Source of the DNA: an uncultured Bacteroidia bacterium
GTDB taxonomy: Bacteria; Bacteroidota; Bacteroidia; JANWVE01
Assembly (NCBI GenBank): GCA_938028625.1
Contig: CALIZB010000066.1
Span: forward strand, 1 to 32,110
DNA: 32,110 nt
Reading direction: 5' to 3'
Of this stretch, positions 26,676 through 32,110 are shown piece by piece (positions within the stretch are counted from its first letter, which is position 1; each line of letters begins with the position of its first letter). The notes under the pieces are model-generated. The model was given only the letters and a program-made list of their open reading frames with translations. It did not search any database and was not told where the DNA came from. The position numbers and the translations under genes are program-made.

Positions 26676-27761
26676 ATGCACATTATTTTTGCGGGAGGAG
26701 GCACAGGAGGGCATATCTTTCCTGCCATTGCGGTAGCTAATCAGATTAAATCTTTACAACCTGATATTAGCATTTCGTTTGTAGGTGCTCTGGGGGGAAT
26801 GGAGATGGAAAAAGTGCCGCAATCAGGGTATAACATAGATGGAATTTCTATTTCAGGAATACAGCGTAAAAAATGGTGGAAAAACTTTACTCTACCGTTT
26901 AAGATACTTCGTAGTTTAATACAGTCTAAAAAAATACTCAATAAATATAAACCTTCAATAGTAGTAGGCACGGGAGGATATGCCGCAGGACCTGTTTTGT
27001 ATATGGCCTCAAAAAAAGGTATTCCGATAGTTTTGTTAGAAGCTAATGCTTTACCTGGATTAACGAACAAGTGGCTTAAAAATCGTGCTAATTTGATATG
27101 CGTAGGTTCAAAAGTGGCTATAGAATATTTCCCAAAAGAGAAATGTGTATATACAGGAAATCCTGTACGTAAAGATATATCAGGACAAAAGAAAAAAGAA
27201 GGCTTGGCTTATTTTAAGTTTTCAGAAGATAAAAAAACGATTCTTGTTATAGGTGGCAGTCTTGGGGCAGGTTCTATCAACAGGGCTGTTGCCAAAGGTT
27301 TAGATAAACTTATGGCACAAGATATTCAATTGATTTGGCAAACTGGTAAAGTCCATTATACTAACTATCAGCAATACGAAAAAAACTACTCAGACCGGTT
27401 AAGAATACTTCCTTTTATACAAGATATGAATTTAGCCTACTCGGCATCAGATATTATTGTTTCACGTGCAGGAGCTATTTCACTTGCAGAATTAGCTATT
27501 GTACAGAAAGCGGTAATTTTAGTACCTTCACCTAATGTGGCAGAGAATCATCAGTATAAAAATGCCAAAGAATTAGCCGACGAGAATGCCGCAATTCTTA
27601 TTCCTGACACACAAGCAGAAGAGGATTTAGTCAATGAACTGATGAATTTAATTTCTCATGAAATTTTAATGGAAGCACTCTCTCATAATATCTTCAAATT
27701 TGCCCGACCTAATGCCACTGACCAGATTGCCACAAAAATTCTTTCTTTGATACAAAACTGA
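26676..27761 (+). CDS. murG: UDP-N-acetylglucosamine--N-acetylmuramyl-(pentapeptide) pyrophosphoryl-undecaprenol N-acetylglucosamine transferase.
   Basis: N-terminal 'IIFAGGGTGGHIFPAIAVANQIK' is the canonical MurG glycine-rich motif. GT28 architecture at about 360 aa. The track ORF starts at GTG 26670. Confidence 0.9.
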   Translation: MHIIFAGGGTGGHIFPAIAVANQIKSLQPDISISFVGALGGMEMEKVPQSGYNIDGISISGIQRKKWWKNFTLPFKILRSLIQSKKILNKYKPSIVVGTGGYAAGPVLYMASKKGIPIVLLEANALPGLTNKWLKNRANLICVGSKVAIEYFPKEKCVYTGNPVRKDISGQKKKEGLAYFKFSEDKKTILVIGGSLGAGSINRAVAKGLDKLMAQDIQLIWQTGKVHYTNYQQYEKNYSDRLRILPFIQDMNLAYSASDIIVSRAGAISLAELAIVQKAVILVPSPNVAENHQYKNAKELADENAAILIPDTQAEEDLVNELMNLISHEILMEALSHNIFKFARPNATDQIATKILSLIQN

Positions 27762-27864
27762 AAACATAAATTACTAGCTTAACAATAAAGTTAATAAATC
27801 CTAATGCTGTATTCATGTTTGCTTAATACATAAAGTATTGTTTTGTGGAAAATTCTTACAAACT

Positions 27865-29538
27865 ATGAAAAAACAGCAATTCGTGTTGGCTTTATTAGTA
27901 GGTTTAATTACGAGTGCATTTGCACAAAAGCCTACCAAAACATTAAGCACATCAGGTGAGATTACTTCTAACCGTACATTAAGTAAAGATACCATTTACA
28001 TTATTGACAGACCTGTATATGTACGTCCTGGTGCAAAACTTACTATTCCTGCGGGTACAATATTGAAAGGAAAAGTATCTAGCGCTGGTATTGGCACACT
28101 AATCATTGATAGAGGTGCACAAATTGATGCCCAAGGCACAGCCACAGAACCTATTGTATTTACTTCTGCAGCTGCACCAGGTAACCGTACAACAGGAGAC
28201 TGGGCAGGTATTATCATCGTAGGTAAAGCAACTATGAATAAGCAAATTACTATTGAAGGCGGTAACTTTAACGTAGACCATGATTTAAATCCTTCTACCC
28301 CCCCATCTAACTCTCCTTTAATTCCTGGTTCAGATGACAATGATAACTCTGGAATTATGCGTTATGTGCGCATTGAGTATGCAGGATACCCTATTGCACC
28401 TAACAGTGAAGTAAATTCTTTATCTTGCTATGGGGTAGGTAGAGGTACAACTTTAGAGTACATACAATCTTCTTATGGTAATGATGATGATTTTGAATTC
28501 TTTGGTGGCACAGTAGATGCTAAGTATCTTGTAGGTTTTGCTGGTGTAGATGACAAAATAGACACAGACTTCGGTTACAGAGGAAGATTACAATTCATAT
28601 ACATTGTTTGCGACCCTTCAATTGCTGATGCTTTTGGAGATAGTAATGGCTTAGAAAGTGATAACAATAGCGCCCCTGACTTTGCTAACCCTCGTACTCA
28701 ACCCACTATTTCTAACATGACTATTGTAGGTCCTTTAGCTTTTTCTAATACTGCCAACCCTAAATATGGTCATGCCGCACGTGTTCGCCGTAACTCCTTA
28801 TATTATGTATATAACTCTATTTTTGCAGGTTTTCCAAATGAACTTCGTTTTGAAAATGGTTCTATTCAAGCCGCTGATGCAGACTCTATTGAATTCCGTA
28901 ATAACATTTTTGCAGGACATAAAAATGGGGCTAATACGTGGTTGCCTAACTCAGGTGCATTTTTACCTCGTTCTTGGGTAAAAGAAGCTGGTTTTAATAA
29001 TGACACACTAGTTACCATAAACGATGTAAAATTTGAAAATATTGTTGATCACACATCTAACCTAACTAATGCTATCGCTACACTAAAAACAGGTTCTCCT
29101 GCATTAGGAACAGCTAGTTTTTCTCATACTCCGCTATCAAGCTCTTTCTTTACCACAGTTACTTACAAAGGTGCTTTCCCTGCAACAGGTGGCGCATTAT
29201 GGACAGACGGATGGACAGAATGGAATCCACAAAATAGACCTTATGATGGTGCAACCTCTGTAAATGATAAATCTTTTGCTCAATTTGAACTTTCTCAAAA
29301 CATGCCTAATCCTTTCAGTACTAGAACCAATGTTGTGTTTAACGTAGTTAAAAACAGCAATTTAGTGTTCAATGTTGTAGATATGATGGGTAGAACAGTA
29401 TATCAACACCAAGATAACTATGCAGTAGGTACACACACTATGGAATTTGATGCAACTAACCTTCCTTCTGGTATCTATTACATGAATGTAACTGACGGTT
29501 TAGGTGTTAGAACACTTAAAATGGTAGTTACTAAGTAA
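27865..29538 (+). CDS. Hypothetical T9SS cargo protein (signal peptide plus Por C-terminal sorting domain), possibly with a beta-helix/Gly-Asp-rich central region.
   Basis: ATG 27865 gives MKKQQFVLALLVGLITSAFAQ. The C-terminal 'FELSQNMPNPFSTRTNVVFNV…GIYYMNVTDGLGVRTLKMVVTK' matches the T9SS CTD pattern. Confidence 0.6.
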   Translation: MKKQQFVLALLVGLITSAFAQKPTKTLSTSGEITSNRTLSKDTIYIIDRPVYVRPGAKLTIPAGTILKGKVSSAGIGTLIIDRGAQIDAQGTATEPIVFTSAAAPGNRTTGDWAGIIIVGKATMNKQITIEGGNFNVDHDLNPSTPPSNSPLIPGSDDNDNSGIMRYVRIEYAGYPIAPNSEVNSLSCYGVGRGTTLEYIQSSYGNDDDFEFFGGTVDAKYLVGFAGVDDKIDTDFGYRGRLQFIYIVCDPSIADAFGDSNGLESDNNSAPDFANPRTQPTISNMTIVGPLAFSNTANPKYGHAARVRRNSLYYVYNSIFAGFPNELRFENGSIQAADADSIEFRNNIFAGHKNGANTWLPNSGAFLPRSWVKEAGFNNDTLVTINDVKFENIVDHTSNLTNAIATLKTGSPALGTASFSHTPLSSSFFTTVTYKGAFPATGGALWTDGWTEWNPQNRPYDGATSVNDKSFAQFELSQNMPNPFSTRTNVVFNVVKNSNLVFNVVDMMGRTVYQHQDNYAVGTHTMEFDATNLPSGIYYMNVTDGLGVRTLKMVVTK

Positions 29539-29561
29539 TTTACTGACATTGGTTTTTCCAA

Positions 29562-29603
29562 AAGTTCAGGGTGAGCGTAAAGTTTATCCTGAACTTCTTT
29601 TTT
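29562..29603 (+). terminator. Strong rho-independent terminator after the 566-aa T9SS cargo gene.
   Basis: Perfect 9-bp stem AAGTTCAGG / CCTGAACTT, 17-nt loop, then CTTTTTTAT. Confidence 0.7.
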
Positions 29604-29660
29604 ATCTCTAAAATTGCTTTGGCAAGATACTGAACGCATACTTTTATGTAGTTTTGTAAA

Positions 29661-30872
29661 GTGAAATACAATGTACTCGTTTTTGTGTTCTTAAAAATGT
29701 TTGTGTTACAGGGTCAGGTTGTAGAAACAGGGGCTGTGGTATTGTTAAAGGAGCATTTATCTGAAATACAAGGTAAAAGATTAGGAATGGTGGTTAATCA
29801 GACTTCGGTAGTAGGCAAAACCCATTTAGTAGATACTTTACTGAAAAGAGGTTGTATAATTACCGCTATTTTTGCTCCCGAACACGGTTTTAGGGGAGAT
29901 GCTGATGCAGGTGCGCATATAAAAGACGGTACAGACATTCAAACAGGTATAATTATTTATTCTTTATTTGGCAAAATTCTTAAACCCACTCCCGAAATGC
30001 TTTCTAATGTGGATATTATTTTATTTGACATACAAGACATAGGCGCAAGGTTTTATACTTATATTTCTACGTTAAGTTTAGTCATGGAAGCCGCAGCTGA
30101 ACAAGGCAAAGAAGTATGGGTATTAGACAGACCTAATCCTAATGGAAATGTAGTTGGGGGACCTGTATTAGACAAAGCATTTAGTTCTTTTGTAGGCAAG
30201 CACGAGATTCCCATTTTACATGGCTTGACTATGGCGGAATATGCAACTATGGTTAATGGTGAGAAATGGTTAAAAAATGGGACTCAATGTAGATTGAAGT
30301 GTATTTTAATGAAAAATTGGTATCATTCTATGTCTTGGGAGGAAACGGGCTTAAAATGGATAAAACCTTCTCCGAACATTCCTGATGTAAAAACAGCTAT
30401 CTGGTATCCTTATTCATGTTGGTTTGAAGGGGTAAATGTAAGTGTAGGCAGGGGTACATACAAACCTTTTTTATTTTTAGGTGCGCCATACATTAAAAAT
30501 AAAACTTTGACACATCTCAGAGGTATCTATGATTTAGATACAATTGTTTTTACTCCTGTAAGTATTAAAGGAATGGCAATGCACCCCCCATTTGAGTTGC
30601 AAACTTGTAAGGGTATAGGAGTGAATACCCCACCCACCCACCCCCACGAGTGTTTTGAGTTAAGTTTGCAACTCTTAACCTTGTTTTATCAAAACAGCGG
30701 AAGACGTGCAGATTTTTTTCAGCCTTTTTTCATCAAACTTTGTGGCACTGACCAGATAAAAAAAGACATTATAGAAGGCAAAAAACCTGAAGATATTATT
30801 TTTTCATGGCAGTATAAATTGCGGGAGTATGAGCAAAAAAGGAAAAAATATATTTTGTATCCAGAGCAGTAA
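29661..30872 (+). CDS. DUF1343-family protein (NamZ/YbbC-like exo-beta-N-acetylmuramidase). Alternative start ATG 29697.
   Basis: Conserved DUF1343 N-terminal core 'GKRLGMVVNQTSVVG…IFAPEHGFRGDADAG…NVDIILFDIQDIGARFYTYISTL…VWVLDRPNP'. GTG 29661 would give a hydrophobic signal-like N-terminus. Confidence 0.65.
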   Translation: MKYNVLVFVFLKMFVLQGQVVETGAVVLLKEHLSEIQGKRLGMVVNQTSVVGKTHLVDTLLKRGCIITAIFAPEHGFRGDADAGAHIKDGTDIQTGIIIYSLFGKILKPTPEMLSNVDIILFDIQDIGARFYTYISTLSLVMEAAAEQGKEVWVLDRPNPNGNVVGGPVLDKAFSSFVGKHEIPILHGLTMAEYATMVNGEKWLKNGTQCRLKCILMKNWYHSMSWEETGLKWIKPSPNIPDVKTAIWYPYSCWFEGVNVSVGRGTYKPFLFLGAPYIKNKTLTHLRGIYDLDTIVFTPVSIKGMAMHPPFELQTCKGIGVNTPPTHPHECFELSLQLLTLFYQNSGRRADFFQPFFIKLCGTDQIKKDIIEGKKPEDIIFSWQYKLREYEQKRKKYILYPEQ

Positions 30873-30971
30873 TGCAGCCTTATACTCAACGATAATAAGT
30901 CTATAATTAGTTAGCATATATGATTTTAAAGACTGTTCATTTTAATTGAAAAAAAATTCATGATTATTCTT

Positions 30972-31000
30972 TTGAAATTAAGAAATAACTGCTAACTTTG
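30972..31000 (+). promoter_or_regulatory. Candidate Bacteroidota sigma-A promoter: -33 TTG (30972-30974), 18-nt spacer, -7 TAACTTTG (30993-31000).
   Basis: Exact TAnnTTTG with an upstream TTTG at near-canonical spacing. It is positioned about 30 nt upstream of ATG 31031. Confidence 0.35.
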
Positions 31001-31030
31001 TTGCAGTTAAACTTTAATTTTGTATCCATT

Positions 31031-31192
31031 ATGCCTGTACGTTTAGAAAGAGATGATGATGACAGCACATCATACAACAATTCACCAGATGATAGTGGTA
31101 GCGGAAGTTCATCAGGAGGGGGAGGTTTGTTCTCTATCTTGGGAATGATATTCCGCGCTTTATTTGGCTGGTTTTTTAGCCGCAGAGGTTAA
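31031..31192 (+). CDS. Small (53-aa) hypothetical protein with an acidic Asp/Ser/Gly-rich N-terminus and a hydrophobic C-terminal tail.
   Basis: 'MPVRLERDDDDSTSYNNSPDDSGSGSSSGGGGLFSILGMIFRALFGWFFSRRG'. A candidate promoter and terminator flank it. The track ORF begins at TTG 30998. Confidence 0.35.
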   Translation: MPVRLERDDDDSTSYNNSPDDSGSGSSSGGGGLFSILGMIFRALFGWFFSRRG

Positions 31193-31218
31193 AATCTCAG
31201 AGAAAATGAAAAATGAAG

Positions 31219-31262
31219 CCTTATTACTTTACACATCATTGTACAAAGTAAGGTCTGTTTTT
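31219..31262 (+). terminator. Possible terminator after the small ORF.
   Basis: Imperfect stem CCTTA(tta)CTTT … AAAGTAAGG followed by TCTGTTTTT. The bulged stem makes this low confidence. Confidence 0.3.
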
Positions 31263-31471
31263 CTTAAAGCGCTTTACTAAGTGTGCTCTGACCTAAAAAA
31301 TATTCTCGAAGAGAGATTAAATAGCAGTTCATTTCGGAAGGCTCAGTGCAGGCTTTACGTTACGCACAAAGTTTGTAGAAAACACAAAAGAATAAATTAT
31401 GCAGATTGTCCCGTACTTCGGCAAGTCCAGTACGTAAGTTTTTTCGCAAACATAATGCTGGCTGATGTTTT

Positions 31472-32110
31472 TTATTTGTCTTGTATCTCAAACTTCGCAC
31501 TTTTTAATAGTTCTATGCTGTTGTAATCGTTTTCGTCTGCAAAACCAAACTCCCAAAGAGAATAAATATCTCTTCGTTTTTCAAAGAAAAGTATATTTAC
31601 TTTCTTTTTGGTGTGAATTTGCCACTGACGAAACGGATAATACAACTGCCTAATTATCGTGTTTCTTGTTGCAGAATTTTTGGCTTCTATCAAAACAATT
31701 TGATTTCTGCCTTCATAACCTGCATCTACTTCTGTTTGCACACTTTCGGTTGTGATAAGTTGTTTATGCTGTCCTGCATAAAACTCAAATTTTGGTGTAT
31801 ATTTTCTACCCCGAATAGTCAAAACTAAACTTTCATCTTCCAAAAAACTACGCACCAAACTTGACGCATACGCAAAATCCAAATGTTGCATTTCAGAATT
31901 TCCGATTTGTGAAGTTTCTAACTCAAAGTCAAGTTTGGATTTGTAAATGGTTGCGTCTGTTGTAATTTCGGGAATATCAATATAGCCTTCACCTTGTAAA
32001 ATTGCATAAATACCATTTTTGATTGGCAAGATGAACAAATTATTATCCACAAAAACCTGAGGTCTGCTTTCTCTTGTGTCTTGTTTGCACAAAACACGAA
32101 CTTCTCTTTC
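31472..32110 (-). CDS. 5'-truncated gene (continues beyond the window end) encoding a PD-(D/E)xK-nuclease-like protein. Possible restriction-endonuclease or defense component.
   Basis: The frame is open to the window edge, so the TTG 'start' at 32092 is only the first start-like codon in the track. The motif 'D-x12-IVLIEAK' ('VDAGYEGRNQIVLIEAKNS') fits the PD-(D/E)xK catalytic core. No other recognisable motif. Confidence 0.45.
   Translation of the reverse strand, partial: EREVRVLCKQDTRESRPQVFVDNNLFILPIKNGIYAILQGEGYIDIPEITTDATIYKSKLDFELETSQIGNSEMQHLDFAYASSLVRSFLEDESLVLTIRGRKYTPKFEFYAGQHKQLITTESVQTEVDAGYEGRNQIVLIEAKNSATRNTIIRQLYYPFRQWQIHTKKKVNILFFEKRRDIYSLWEFGFADENDYNSIELLKSAKFEIQDK

Noticed and set aside
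30627-30646. (CCCA)3 tract as a phase-variation switch.
   Set aside because: Only three units. It is kept as a low-interest note rather than a feature.
1-32110. Searched for CRISPR arrays, tRNA/rRNA genes, transposases, integrases and IS inverted repeats.
   Set aside because: I found no direct-repeat/spacer periodicity, no cloverleaf-like GC-rich 70-90-nt segments in the intergenic spacers, and no ORF with DDE-transposase, tyrosine-recombinase or serine-recombinase motifs. The spacer 31193-31471 has a small palindrome but no tRNA-like structure.

Overview
AT-rich chromosomal segment of a Bacteroidota genome (gliding / type IX secretion lineage). Confidently recognised genes: a PncA-like nicotinamidase, adenylosuccinate lyase (purB), a large secreted M1 zinc peptidase, a 12-repeat leucine-rich-repeat (LRR) secreted protein, a T9SS-secreted thermolysin-like M4 protease with a PKD domain, the conserved T9SS/gliding core operon gldK-gldL-gldM-gldN on the minus strand, a HAD hydrolase, MurG, a DUF1343 (NamZ-like exo-muramidase) protein, and two further hypothetical T9SS C-terminal-domain cargo proteins. 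The stand-out feature is an 828-aa ORF (15036..17522) that aligns over its whole length with the eukaryotic major vault protein (MVP). It has tandem vault repeats, a shoulder (SPFH-like) domain and a C-terminal coiled-coil cap helix. An unknown 288-aa gene sits 72 nt upstream on the same strand, and back-to-back hairpin terminators separate the MVP gene from gldN. I see no rRNA, tRNA, CRISPR array, transposase or integrase. Other observations: a GC-rich structured island between convergent genes (24.98-25.07 kb), repeated AAATTGTAT motifs upstream of gldK, perfect hairpins inside the gld operon, a small acidic/Ser-Gly-rich peptide gene with a hydrophobic tail, and a 5'-truncated PD-(D/E)xK nuclease-like gene at the window end. 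Many track ORFs begin at TTG/GTG; I re-anchored starts to in-frame ATGs where a signal peptide or conserved N-terminus supported that.
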